Shown piece after piece: positions 9,738-19,412 of a stretch of 64,000 nt of DNA. The position numbers and the translations under genes are program-made. Below the pieces are notes generated by a model. That model searched no databases, was not told where the DNA came from, and saw only the letters and a program-made list of their open reading frames with translations. The first letter of the stretch is position 1. Every line of letters starts with the position of its first letter. The DNA comes from Candidatus Woesebacteria bacterium GW2011_GWB1_39_12 (lineage in GTDB: Bacteria; Patescibacteriota; Microgenomatia; UBA8517): positions 77,848 to 141,847 of the forward strand of contig LBWB01000009.1 of NCBI GenBank assembly GCA_000993405.1, given 5' to 3'.

Positions 9738-10395
9738 TTTTATTTCTTTCTGACATGAACCTTTGGAAATCGGAAATTATTTGTTGTGTATTTTGTTCAG
9801 ATATCTTATGAATTATATCTGTGGTTGAAAGAAAAGGATCCTGTCTTGGGGTACGGAAAACTTGTCCTCCTATTTCGGTCATTGCTATAACTTCCGCTTT
9901 GGTTTCAATATCGCCCTCCCAACTTCCTTCAACACACAGGTAGGTATCAGGTTTTAAGATTCTTATTACCTCGGCTCCATTATCTTCAGGAAAAGGAGTA
10001 ATATAATCCACAAACTGTATAAAACTTAGCATTTCCGCTCTCTCACTCTCTCTCAAAACAGGTCGATTTGGTCCCTTCAGTCTCTTTACAGATTCGTCAG
10101 TGTTGAGTCCTACAAAAAGCACGTTTCCCAATGATCTTGCCAACTCCAAATACCTGGCATGTCCAATATGGACCATATCAAAAACACCAGTTGTAAATGA
10201 TAGTTTGTATCCTCTTCTTCTCAAGAAATCGCCTACTGAAGCAAGTTCCCCTCTAGGTATTAATTTATTTTGTAATAATGGGTGTGTTTCCTTTGTTGAA
10301 TTTCCTTCAAGAAAATGAATACTTACCTCATTTCCTCCTATCTTAACCTTTAATCCAAGCGGTCTTTCCATGCTTACAAAGATAGTTATTATCAA
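9730..10395 (-). CDS. nucleotidyltransferase of the cytidylyltransferase superfamily (HxGH motif; RfaE domain II/TagD-like)
   Basis: 221 aa; …GVFDMVHIGHARYLELAR…VGLNTDESV… matches the (H/T)xGH cytidylyltransferase fold signature. Confidence 0.6.
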   Translation of the reverse strand: MIITIFVSMERPLGLKVKIGGNEVSIHFLEGNSTKETHPLLQNKLIPRGELASVGDFLRRRGYKLSFTTGVFDMVHIGHARYLELARSLGNVLFVGLNTDESVKRLKGPNRPVLRESERAEMLSFIQFVDYITPFPEDNGAEVIRILKPDTYLCVEGSWEGDIETKAEVIAMTEIGGQVFRTPRQDPFLSTTDIIHKISEQNTQQIISDFQRFMSERNKSA

Positions 10396-10474
10396 AAAAA
10401 AGGAGTTGTTACAAGCTCCAAAATTTCATATACAGTTCTGAACAAATTTTTATAACTTAGTACTCGCTAACCAA

Positions 10475-11389
10475 TCATACCCTAGTCGAAGCAAGATAAT
10501 CTTTCCAAAACTCTTTGATCATAATTTCTGTCCAAGTTTCAATTTTGGGTTCTTTTCCCCTATTCCAATCACCCTGTCTTTTTTCCATCTCTTCTTCCAC
10601 TTTACTAAATGGAACCCACCAAGCTTTTGCAATCTCACTTGTAGGAAATGTTAAATGACTGACTACTCGGGAGTTAATCTCTAAAACTGCCGCAATGCCT
10701 GTGTGCACCCAACCAACTTGTACTGGTAATAACGGGTCTTCAATCCTTTTATCGTAAAATGCGCCCAATAGTTTTAAATTTTCAACTCCGTCTCTGGTTA
10801 TCCCTATTTCTTCTTCAACCTCACTGAAAAAACCACGATTCAAACCTAAAACTGTCCCAACTTCATCTTGAACGGCGGGTAGTAAACCTTTAAGAAAGAT
10901 AAGTTCTTCACGGCTTATTGATATATCTTCTTGAGTTTTATGTCCGCCAAAACCAACTGTAAAACGACCCTGAAGTCGTGGATCACCAATAAACTTTCTA
11001 CCTTTTTTAGCTTCGGGACTTGAACGTTGATACCAAAGAAGATTTTCTTGACAGGTAACCATGGTATAAATAATTATTTGCTGTCTAGTAGGATCATTTT
11101 CTAAACCATTCTCGCCATATCTTCTCGCAACATCACCGTATTTAAATACAACTTTCAAAACTTCTGGTACATTTCGAGTTACTAAAACATCCGGAGAAAA
11201 AAAGGAAGGCAAAAACTCTGTTCTGTCATTGAATAAAACTTCGGTTGGCACAAAAAGCGATGTCTTATCAAGAGTTGGTAAAGCTTCTTTTTCAGACTTG
11301 ATAGAAACCGGAATTGGAAGCATAAACGTCTTTTTGCCTTGTTTCGCTTCTGCGCTTCTTTCTGTCACCATTTTCTTTTTTTTACCCAT
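10475..11389 (-). CDS. hypothetical protein (weak Nudix-like segment)
   Basis: 304 aa; only a loose GX5EX7RExxEE-like stretch (…GGHKTQEDISISREEL…); function unknown. Confidence 0.4.
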   Translation of the reverse strand: MGKKKKMVTERSAEAKQGKKTFMLPIPVSIKSEKEALPTLDKTSLFVPTEVLFNDRTEFLPSFFSPDVLVTRNVPEVLKVVFKYGDVARRYGENGLENDPTRQQIIIYTMVTCQENLLWYQRSSPEAKKGRKFIGDPRLQGRFTVGFGGHKTQEDISISREELIFLKGLLPAVQDEVGTVLGLNRGFFSEVEEEIGITRDGVENLKLLGAFYDKRIEDPLLPVQVGWVHTGIAAVLEINSRVVSHLTFPTSEIAKAWWVPFSKVEEEMEKRQGDWNRGKEPKIETWTEIMIKEFWKDYLASTRV

Positions 11390-11613
11390 TAAAAACCTCC
11401 TTGTTAAAGGAGGGCAGTAATTTGTCTATTTTACAACAAATAAAGTTTTTTAGAAGTATTATTATTTACTTTTAAGGGACAGCTCCTACGAGGTGTATAT
11501 AGTTTTAATTAATTAATTTCCCTTTCTGAACCTGTAGCGTTTTCTCTCTCCGCTCTGGGTTTTCGCCGAGTCTAACTCGGCTTACGCCAGCTGGCCATTT
11601 GCGTTCTGGGGTC

Positions 11614-12099
11614 TTAACAAATTTCATTAATCACCTCAGTGGAATATGATTTACCGTCGATCCAATCTCTAATTGCTGGAATATTATATTCAGGTTTATA
11701 TAATTTATTTTCTTCTATCAGCTTTTCTAATTCCGAAGTACTGAAATAATTAAAACCGGTTATTTCAAACCCGTCTGGCGTTACTTCACCTTCAACAATT
11801 TCTCCTCTGAAAACAAACCCTAAACCGGTTGCATCATCTCCCCGATCAGTTGGATAAATCCTAATTAGATCTAAAAGGTTTATTTCAACTCCGATTTCTT
11901 CCTTGGCTTCCCTTTTCGCAGTCATCATAGGATCTTCGTGTGGTTTCATTTTGCCGGAAGGGGGTGCCCATGCAAACTTTTCTTCCTCTATTTTCTTTTT
12001 TAAAAGGAGCAGTCTCCCTTCTCTATCCCCGATAAAAACACCGCTTGAAACACTTACTGGCAGTTTTTCTCTCGAGGATATCCTTTCTTTAGACATCAA
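11614..12099 (-). CDS. NUDIX hydrolase
   Basis: 161 aa; good Nudix box GKMKPHEDPMMTAKREAKEEIGVEI. Confidence 0.8.
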   Translation of the reverse strand: MMSKERISSREKLPVSVSSGVFIGDREGRLLLLKKKIEEEKFAWAPPSGKMKPHEDPMMTAKREAKEEIGVEINLLDLIRIYPTDRGDDATGLGFVFRGEIVEGEVTPDGFEITGFNYFSTSELEKLIEENKLYKPEYNIPAIRDWIDGKSYSTEVINEIC

Positions 12100-12460
12100 G
12101 AGTAAAATGCTTACATTCTTCTGAACCAGGATCAGTAAACATCTCTCCTAAATTTTTCCCTAATCCTTTAGCGATTCTCTGCGCAAGTTCGATGTCCATG
12201 GCGGCCATTGGACTCGAACCATCTCTCAACATATATAAGTAATAACGCATGGTATCAAAAACCTTGGCAGCTTTTTTAATTCCACCCAAATCACCAATTC
12301 CGCTTTCCAAATTTCCACGAAAATTTTCAAGTAATCGCTGAACTTCCTCTTCAGAGACCTCGTTACCAGTTGCGTCCTTGTATCTTCTCGCTTGCTCCTG
12401 TATAACCATTCCTAAACTCGGATTGGGTTTTTTAATTTCTTCTGGAGACATACTTGTCAC
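12089..12460 (-). CDS. hypothetical protein
   Basis: 123-aa ORF in a same-strand array; no family recognised. Confidence 0.4.
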   Translation of the reverse strand: MTSMSPEEIKKPNPSLGMVIQEQARRYKDATGNEVSEEEVQRLLENFRGNLESGIGDLGGIKKAAKVFDTMRYYLYMLRDGSSPMAAMDIELAQRIAKGLGKNLGEMFTDPGSEECKHFTLDV

Positions 12461-12500
12461 CTTTAAGGGTTCCTTTAAGGGTCGTGCCCTATAAGGTACG

Positions 12501-12755
12501 CTAATCGTACGGTGGCATGTGATCGATTGAGTTTTCTCTAAAATAATTATCTATTTTTTCATCTCGCATTTTTAAAGCCAGATTTATTTCATCATCAGTT
12601 AAATCCTTCCGAGCAGCTGCTAAATTTTCATTCTCTAACCATACCTCAACTGAAAAATGGTTTGTATATAAAATTCTCGCAAGTTTTTCAGCCAGACCCA
12701 CTCGAACCCCCGCCTTTTCTCCGGTTAGCAAATCGATTCTTTCTGACATATTCAT
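12501..12755 (-). CDS. hypothetical small protein
   Basis: 84-aa ORF; no family recognised. Confidence 0.35.
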   Translation of the reverse strand: MNMSERIDLLTGEKAGVRVGLAEKLARILYTNHFSVEVWLENENLAAARKDLTDDEINLALKMRDEKIDNYFRENSIDHMPPYD

Positions 12756-12829
12756 GCAAATATAACTTTATAAAAATAATAAAGCTTGACTTAATCCGTT
12801 GGGCATCTTTGACTTGTTTTTGACATTTT

Positions 12830-13927
12830 TTGACAACCTTGTTCCATTCTGGTATAAACCTAATCCTAAATAGGATTTTTGACATGAATCAGGCTTATTT
12901 TGAAACTTTGTCCAAGGATTATTTTGGTAACCTTTACCAAAAAGTTTGCAGTGCATTAACTAAAGGTGAAAATGTTTGCATTTCCGTGATACCTGGTTTT
13001 GGAGAAAAAACAATTTTTAATTTCCTGAATTTTAATTTCAAAAACGACAAACTGTTTAACGAAATTTATATTTATGATCCCGAATTGGAAAATGAAAGTA
13101 TTATCGACTATACCAAAAAATTGGAATCCCATAAAACTTCTAAAACTAAACTTCTCATTATCAGATTCTTTGAACAAATTGAAAAAAAGAGAGAGACTTT
13201 GGAAAAACTTGATAACATCAGAAGGAAAAATCCAAAGAGTCTCACCTATTTAGCCGTTTCCAATCAAGAAGCTTTTTTAAATCCCTCCTCGCACCAGGCA
13301 TTAACAACGGTGTTCTTTTCTGAACTAATTTATTTTTCTCCTTTTGATTTTGCTCACACAGAAAAAATGGTTGAGTCGTTGGCGTCTTATTATGGCTGGA
13401 AAATTGAGCCTTCCAGCTACAAAGAAATTTATAATTTGTCTGGTGGAATCCCTAGAATTATAAAATACTTAACTAAAGAGCTTTATGAATCTCGAATCCC
13501 GCTAGCCAATAAAGACAAGTTAACACTAATTCCCCAAATCGGCTTTCAACTTAGACTTATGACAAGAATTTTGATTACCTATGATCAAAAACAAATTCAA
13601 TTGATGGGATTAATCGATGAAAAATACCGATTGAAATCAGGACTTTTAAAATACTTCTTAAAAAATTTCAGAAGCGATATGATTAGCAACCTCTACCCAC
13701 AGCTAGGTGACACCGAAACAAAGATTCTGTCTTTTTTCAGCGAGAAGGAAAGTAAAATTGTAACTTTAGATAATTTAGCCCACTTAATGAAGATGTCTGA
13801 TGATGATTTTTCCTTATGGGCAATTTATAAGTTAATATCGCGCCTTAAAGTGAAAGTAAAAAATAACTTTAATATAAAAAATCTCAAAGGCCGAGGGTAT
13901 ATTCTTAGTAAATCAGTGAATCAATAA
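12830..13927 (+). CDS. hypothetical protein (possible degenerate P-loop GFGEKT)
   Basis: 365-aa ORF; unknown family. Confidence 0.45.
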   Translation: MTTLFHSGINLILNRIFDMNQAYFETLSKDYFGNLYQKVCSALTKGENVCISVIPGFGEKTIFNFLNFNFKNDKLFNEIYIYDPELENESIIDYTKKLESHKTSKTKLLIIRFFEQIEKKRETLEKLDNIRRKNPKSLTYLAVSNQEAFLNPSSHQALTTVFFSELIYFSPFDFAHTEKMVESLASYYGWKIEPSSYKEIYNLSGGIPRIIKYLTKELYESRIPLANKDKLTLIPQIGFQLRLMTRILITYDQKQIQLMGLIDEKYRLKSGLLKYFLKNFRSDMISNLYPQLGDTETKILSFFSEKESKIVTLDNLAHLMKMSDDDFSLWAIYKLISRLKVKVKNNFNIKNLKGRGYILSKSVNQ

Positions 13928-13928
13928 G

Positions 13929-14294
13929 TCATGAGTTAAATTTTGTAGATATTGATGAGAAGATCTTCACAAATTCTTTTGCTTCACGAAGTAATTCAGT
14001 TAATTCGTTTGTAAAATTTGGATTAATTTCAATTAATAATTCTAACCAGTACAAGGTTTCTTTAGACTCTTTCTTGCAAATTCTTATTTTGTGAACAAAA
14101 TCTTTGCCAGACTCCGCTTCACAAGCCTCTCTATAATTCGCACCTATAGAAGTACCCGAACGGATAGTCTGTTTTATTAATATTTCATTTGGAATTGTTT
14201 TGGGAAATCTACTTAATACTTCGATTAAATTTAATGAGAAATCTTTTGTTCTTTTTTGCATCTTCTCTCTAAATTCTGTATTTTTATATACCAT
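13929..14294 (-). CDS. four-helix-bundle protein (TIGR02436-like, formerly called 23S rRNA intervening-sequence protein)
   Basis: 121 aa; characteristic …IRSGTSIGANYREA…KDF…KIRICKKESKETLYWLELL…. Confidence 0.75.
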   Translation of the reverse strand: MVYKNTEFREKMQKRTKDFSLNLIEVLSRFPKTIPNEILIKQTIRSGTSIGANYREACEAESGKDFVHKIRICKKESKETLYWLELLIEINPNFTNELTELLREAKEFVKIFSSISTKFNS

Positions 14295-14306
14295 TGACTT
14301 ATTGAC

Positions 14307-16352
14307 TCACTGACTAACTGATTTACTATCAGATGGTTTTTTCCAAGAAGCCCATTTACAGTCGGGGTAGCGGGAACAGCCGAAGAATTTTCGACCGGTT
14401 TTTGTATTTCTTATAATGACATCCCCTTTAGCGCACTTAGGACATTTCATACCAAGCTTTTCTAAATACTTTTCGGTGTGTTTGCATTCGGGAAAGAGTG
14501 AGCAGGAAATAAATTTGCCAAAACGTCCTGTTCTTATAACCAATTCACCTTGTTTATCTCCAACCCTTCCTTCTTTCTCGCAAGTTGGGCATTTTTTTCC
14601 AAGTTTTTCAGCCTCAATTTTTACTCTTTTAGAATTTTTCTCGACGTCTACCAATTTTTTATCAAAAGGGGCATAAAATACTTTCATCATTTTTTCCCAT
14701 TCCAATTCCCCTTTTGCAATATCGTCCAATTCTTTTTCCATCTCTGCCGTAAATGAATAATCAACAATATCTTTAAAATTCGTGACCAAAAAATCATTTA
14801 CCGCAACGCCGATAGGGGTCGGTATGAACTTTCCCTCCTCTTTTTCGACATAATTTCTTACCTGTATTGTTGTTATTATCGGAGCATAAGTCGAAGGTCT
14901 ACCGATTCCGAGAGCTTCCAAAGTTTTAATCAACGACGCTTCGTTATAACGAGGGGGTGGTTGGGTAAATTTCTGTTCTGATAACACTTTTAACAGATCC
15001 AATAGTTCATCTTTTTCGACCAAAGGCAACTCCGGCTCTTCTTCTTTGGTTAATGGTATTATTTTTCTCCATCCGTCAAACTTCAGAACTTGCCCGGAAG
15101 CTCGTAAAAAATACACCTCCGAGGTGTGAATGTTTTTCACCTCGGAGGTGATACTGGCTTCAATGTCAATTATTGTTTCGTCAAAAACACAAGCTGCCAT
15201 CTGACAGGCAACAAAGCGCTTCCAAATAAGTTGATAAAGCTTCTCGAAATCATTACTAAATTTTCCATCTGTAATTTGTAATTTGTCATTTGTAATTTCA
15301 ACATTAGTCGGCCTGATTGCCTCATGGGCTTCTTGTGCAAGTTTGGAAGTTCTTTTAAAAAACCGTGGTTTCTCGGGCAAATAGTTTGCACCATATGTCT
15401 TGCCTATATATTCCCGGGCTTTTTCAACCGCAGTCGCAGCCAAATTCACCGAATCGGTCCTGTGATAAGTAATTAAGCCCTCTTCATAAAGCCTTTGGGC
15501 AATACTCATTGTTCTTTTGGCCGACCAGCCAAAAAGTCTGGCTCCTGCTTGAGTCATGGTTGATGTTGTAAAAGGGGGATACGGAGACTTAACTACTTCG
15601 CGTTTTCGTACATCGAAAACTTTATAACCGGATTTTTCAAGATCGGAAACTACAGATTTTGCATTTTCTTCATTTTTGATTTCAGCTTTTTTGTCATTTA
15701 TTTTAATCAACTGAACGGTAAATTCGCCATCTTTTACCTCTTGCCTTTTACCTTTTACCTGACAAAAGATTTCCCAATATTCATCCGATTTAAAAGCCTC
15801 TATTTCTCTTTCTCTCTCTACAATCAAGCGTACCGTAACCGATTGTACTCGTCCGGCAGACAAACCTCGACGAATTTTTTTCCATAAAAGCGGCGAAAGC
15901 TTATAACCCACAAGTCTATCCAAAACGCGCCTTGCAATCTGGGCGTCGACTAAATTCTTGTCTATATCCCTAGGATGAGCAATTGCTTCCTCTACCGCCT
16001 CTTTTGTAATCTCATGAAAAACGATCCTTCGGGGGTGATCGCTGATATGTGATCGGTGATCGGTGAGAATTTCTTTAACGTGTTGAGCTATAGCTTCTCC
16101 TTCACGGTCAGGGTCCGTTGCTAAAAATATTTGCTTTGCTTTCTTCCCCTCCTCCTCAATTTTTTTGATCGTATCTTTCTTCTTTTCGACCAATAAATAC
16201 TTTGGTTCAAAATTCTTTTCTATGTCAACCGCCAACTCACTTTTAGGAAGATCCTTAATGTGTCCCGTTGTGGCCTCCACAGAATAATCGTTCCCCAAAA
16301 AACGGGACAAAGTTTTAGCCTTTGTTGGTGATTCGACAATAATTAAATTCAT
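14307..16352 (-). CDS. topA: DNA topoisomerase I
   Basis: 681 aa; TOPRIM N-terminus MNLIIVESPTKAKTL; C-terminal C4 zinc ribbons; contains two in-frame word-repeat insertions. Confidence 0.95.
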   Translation of the reverse strand: MNLIIVESPTKAKTLSRFLGNDYSVEATTGHIKDLPKSELAVDIEKNFEPKYLLVEKKKDTIKKIEEEGKKAKQIFLATDPDREGEAIAQHVKEILTDHRSHISDHPRRIVFHEITKEAVEEAIAHPRDIDKNLVDAQIARRVLDRLVGYKLSPLLWKKIRRGLSAGRVQSVTVRLIVEREREIEAFKSDEYWEIFCQVKGKRQEVKDGEFTVQLIKINDKKAEIKNEENAKSVVSDLEKSGYKVFDVRKREVVKSPYPPFTTSTMTQAGARLFGWSAKRTMSIAQRLYEEGLITYHRTDSVNLAATAVEKAREYIGKTYGANYLPEKPRFFKRTSKLAQEAHEAIRPTNVEITNDKLQITDGKFSNDFEKLYQLIWKRFVACQMAACVFDETIIDIEASITSEVKNIHTSEVYFLRASGQVLKFDGWRKIIPLTKEEEPELPLVEKDELLDLLKVLSEQKFTQPPPRYNEASLIKTLEALGIGRPSTYAPIITTIQVRNYVEKEEGKFIPTPIGVAVNDFLVTNFKDIVDYSFTAEMEKELDDIAKGELEWEKMMKVFYAPFDKKLVDVEKNSKRVKIEAEKLGKKCPTCEKEGRVGDKQGELVIRTGRFGKFISCSLFPECKHTEKYLEKLGMKCPKCAKGDVIIRNTKTGRKFFGCSRYPDCKWASWKKPSDSKSVSQ

Positions 16353-16458
16353 AAACGAATAATTTTTATTTTACCAATTTTTAATTTTCAATGAATTTTC
16401 AATTAGTTAATTTATTAATTAAATATTGAATAAAAATTAGAAATTAAGAATTAGAAAT

Positions 16459-17541
16459 TTAAACCTTTTTGTATACCCCATTACCAATATTCTTCACTAT
16501 CCCTTTTAATTCCATAACAGTAAGTTTCCCTGAAATTTCAGAAACTTTCAACCCTGATATTCTAGCGCATTCGTCAAGATGCAAGGGTTCATTTGTCAGA
16601 ATTTCAATTATTTTCTTCTCATCTGCGTCAGTCGGCATAACCTTGTTAACGGCGTCTCTATCAACTTTAAGCTGTAAATCCAGTTCCTCCAAAATATCAT
16701 TAACACTCGTAACCATTTTGGCTCCGTTTTTAATCAAATAATGCGAAGCTGCTGACATTGGAGACGTAATCTGGCCGGGAACCGCAAAAACGGTCCTTCC
16801 TTGTTCGGCCGCATGTTTTGCTGTATGAATTGTTCCGCTTTTAATCATTCCTTCAACAACAATAACGGCTTTGCTCAGACCCGAAATTATTCGATTTCTG
16901 AAAGGGAAAAAATACCGTTGTGCCTCGGTTCCCGGAGGAAACTCCGAAACTATCGCCCCACCTGTCTTTATTATTTCCAAACCTAACCATTCATTAGACC
17001 TTGGGGTTAGTTCGTCAACTCCCGAAGCCAATACCGCAACACACCTTCCTCCTACACTAAGTACGCTTTTATGGGCTTCTAAATCCACGCCGAATGCAAG
17101 GCCCGAAACAATCGTTATTCCCAAAGACGCCAGTTCAGAGGATAATTTTTGCGTTACCTCTCTACCATAAGAAGTCATTTTCCGGCTGCCTACAATAGCC
17201 ACCGAGTTGGTGTCATTTTTACTTAATTTCCCCCTTATATATAAAACCAACGGGGCGTCGTCCAGATCTCTCAAATTTTCCGGGTAACTATCATCGTTTA
17301 TTGTGATTACATCAATTGAATGCTTCTTTAATCTATCAAAGTACTCTTGAGAGTTAAAATCTCTCTTATATCTTCCAAAGTCTTCAACAATATTTTTCTT
17401 CAGACCTATTTCGACTAAACTTTTACTGTTAGCATTCCAAGCATCTTTAGCACTACCAAAATACTGAATCAGAAGATTTGTCCTCGCGGGACCAAAGTAG
17501 ATAAATGCGTACAAAGCAATCAGATATTCACGGTCAGTCAT
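16459..17541 (-). CDS. dprA: DNA processing protein DprA (Smf)
   Basis: 360 aa; Rossmann-like DprA core …IVSGLAFGVDLEAHKSVL…VAVLASGVD…. Confidence 0.9.
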   Translation of the reverse strand: MTDREYLIALYAFIYFGPARTNLLIQYFGSAKDAWNANSKSLVEIGLKKNIVEDFGRYKRDFNSQEYFDRLKKHSIDVITINDDSYPENLRDLDDAPLVLYIRGKLSKNDTNSVAIVGSRKMTSYGREVTQKLSSELASLGITIVSGLAFGVDLEAHKSVLSVGGRCVAVLASGVDELTPRSNEWLGLEIIKTGGAIVSEFPPGTEAQRYFFPFRNRIISGLSKAVIVVEGMIKSGTIHTAKHAAEQGRTVFAVPGQITSPMSAASHYLIKNGAKMVTSVNDILEELDLQLKVDRDAVNKVMPTDADEKKIIEILTNEPLHLDECARISGLKVSEISGKLTVMELKGIVKNIGNGVYKKV

Positions 17542-17700
17542 ATACCGAATCAGAAATCCTAAACTCTAAATCCGAAATCCTAAATAAACTCAAAATTCAA
17601 AATTACAATGCTCTATGCGGTTTGAAACATTTGAATTTGGAAATTAAAATTTGTTTAGAATTTAGAAATTAGGATTTGGAATTTTAGTCTGGTTTTAAAA

Positions 17701-19317
17701 TCACTCTTTTATATTAGAAAATTCATTCGACACTTTAAACCAGTAGTCGAATATTTCCCTTGCAATCGGTCCTGCAACACGCGAGCCTTCTCCGCCATTT
17801 TCTATCAAAATAGTGGCAATTATTTGAGGATCCTCAAGTGGCGCGAATGCCACAAACCAGGCGTGCGGATCACTATTTTCAGTTTCGGCTGTACCCGTTT
17901 TACAACCAACATCAATTCCAGTTTTTTCTTTAAAATCAAAAAAAGTAAAGCCGGTCCCACCCGTACTACACGCCTGTCTCATTCCCTCTTTAACCAAATC
18001 AATATTTTCTTTTTCAACTCCCAAGTTTTTGCACCCGCCTGCATCGCTATGCGAAGCATTGCGGGCAGGTTGGAAATCTTCTAATTCTGAAGAGGAAACA
18101 AGATGGGGTTGGCAATACTCTCCGCCATTTGCAATGGTAGCAATCGCTGCATTAACCCCCAGAGGAGTCAAAGCAATATCTCCCTGTCCGATTGACATAT
18201 GATAGGTATTTCCCAAAAACCAGCGCTCGCCCTTGGTCCTCATTTTCCAGGCCGGACCTGGAACCAAACCTGCAACCTCACCGGGGATATCGATACCTGT
18301 TTTTTCGTCAAGCGAAAATTTGTGTGCCCAATCACCGAGTTTCTCAACACCGATAATTTCCCCTAAAGTATAAAAAAAGGTGTCGGTTGACCTTGCAATT
18401 GCCCGCTCTAGACCAATCTTACCTTCCCTCCCTCCATACTGATTAAAAAACCAGTTGGTATAGGAAAAAGTCCCGTACAAAGTTTTAATGGTTATGACAC
18501 CCGTATCTTCAAAGGTAAAATTCTTGTCGATTTTCTCTTCTTCTAGAGCTGCAATTGCAACAATCGGCTTAAAAGTAGATCCCGGGTGATATACTCCGCC
18601 CATCACTCTATTAAACAAAGGTAAATTGACGTCTTGAAACAAATCCGAAATTTGATTTTGATTATCCTTAGTTATGAATAGGTTAGGATCATAAGAAGGC
18701 GAAGAAAAAAGCCCAAAAATTTCCCCATTTGCGTCACTTACAACCACCGCTCCCTTTTTGCCTTCCAACGATTGAGCGATCTTTTTTTGTAATCCATAAT
18801 CAACAGTTGTCTTCAGGTCTCTTCCTTGCCTCGGTTTTACTTTTCCTAAAATTCTTACCTTTCGGCCCATCGCGTCAACTTCGACCAACTCCTCGCCTTC
18901 ATATCCCGAAAGAGATTTTCCCAATTCTTCTTCGGAAACTTCACCCAAATAGCCAGATAAGTGAGCAAAATCGGCCCCCATCGGATAGTTTCTAACCCAC
19001 TCGGAAATCAATTCTGAGGAGTCCCCTTCTTTTACTTCTTCTTTTCTAACTCCTTCGGTTTCGTCGAAAATCAGCCTCATTTTTACCTCCTTACTGTCGA
19101 CTAAGATTTCTCCACCCCGCGCCAGAATTTTTCCCCGGGGAGCGGAAATCGGAATTCTCCTTATCCTGTTCTCTTCGGCCAGAGCCTTAAAATACCTTCC
19201 CCGGATTATCTGTAAGTCGATAAGTCTTCCAAAAAGAACCAGAAACCCCAAAATTAAAACTCCACGTAAAAACCAAACTAACCAACTTTGAATTTTTGTT
19301 GAGGACAGTGTCTGCAT
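17701..19317 (-). CDS. mrdA: penicillin-binding protein 2 (peptidoglycan D,D-transpeptidase)
   Basis: 538 aa; N-terminal TM; transpeptidase motifs STFKP, SxN-like, KTGT. Confidence 0.85.
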   Translation of the reverse strand: MQTLSSTKIQSWLVWFLRGVLILGFLVLFGRLIDLQIIRGRYFKALAEENRIRRIPISAPRGKILARGGEILVDSKEVKMRLIFDETEGVRKEEVKEGDSSELISEWVRNYPMGADFAHLSGYLGEVSEEELGKSLSGYEGEELVEVDAMGRKVRILGKVKPRQGRDLKTTVDYGLQKKIAQSLEGKKGAVVVSDANGEIFGLFSSPSYDPNLFITKDNQNQISDLFQDVNLPLFNRVMGGVYHPGSTFKPIVAIAALEEEKIDKNFTFEDTGVITIKTLYGTFSYTNWFFNQYGGREGKIGLERAIARSTDTFFYTLGEIIGVEKLGDWAHKFSLDEKTGIDIPGEVAGLVPGPAWKMRTKGERWFLGNTYHMSIGQGDIALTPLGVNAAIATIANGGEYCQPHLVSSSELEDFQPARNASHSDAGGCKNLGVEKENIDLVKEGMRQACSTGGTGFTFFDFKEKTGIDVGCKTGTAETENSDPHAWFVAFAPLEDPQIIATILIENGGEGSRVAGPIAREIFDYWFKVSNEFSNIKE

Positions 19318-19412
19318 AATAGCGATGCTAATATACTACTTTTCGCATCATTCGAGTTTTGATTCGCACTATTCGCATCGAGTTAAATACCGCTGGGATT
19401 GCACGTCAATAT

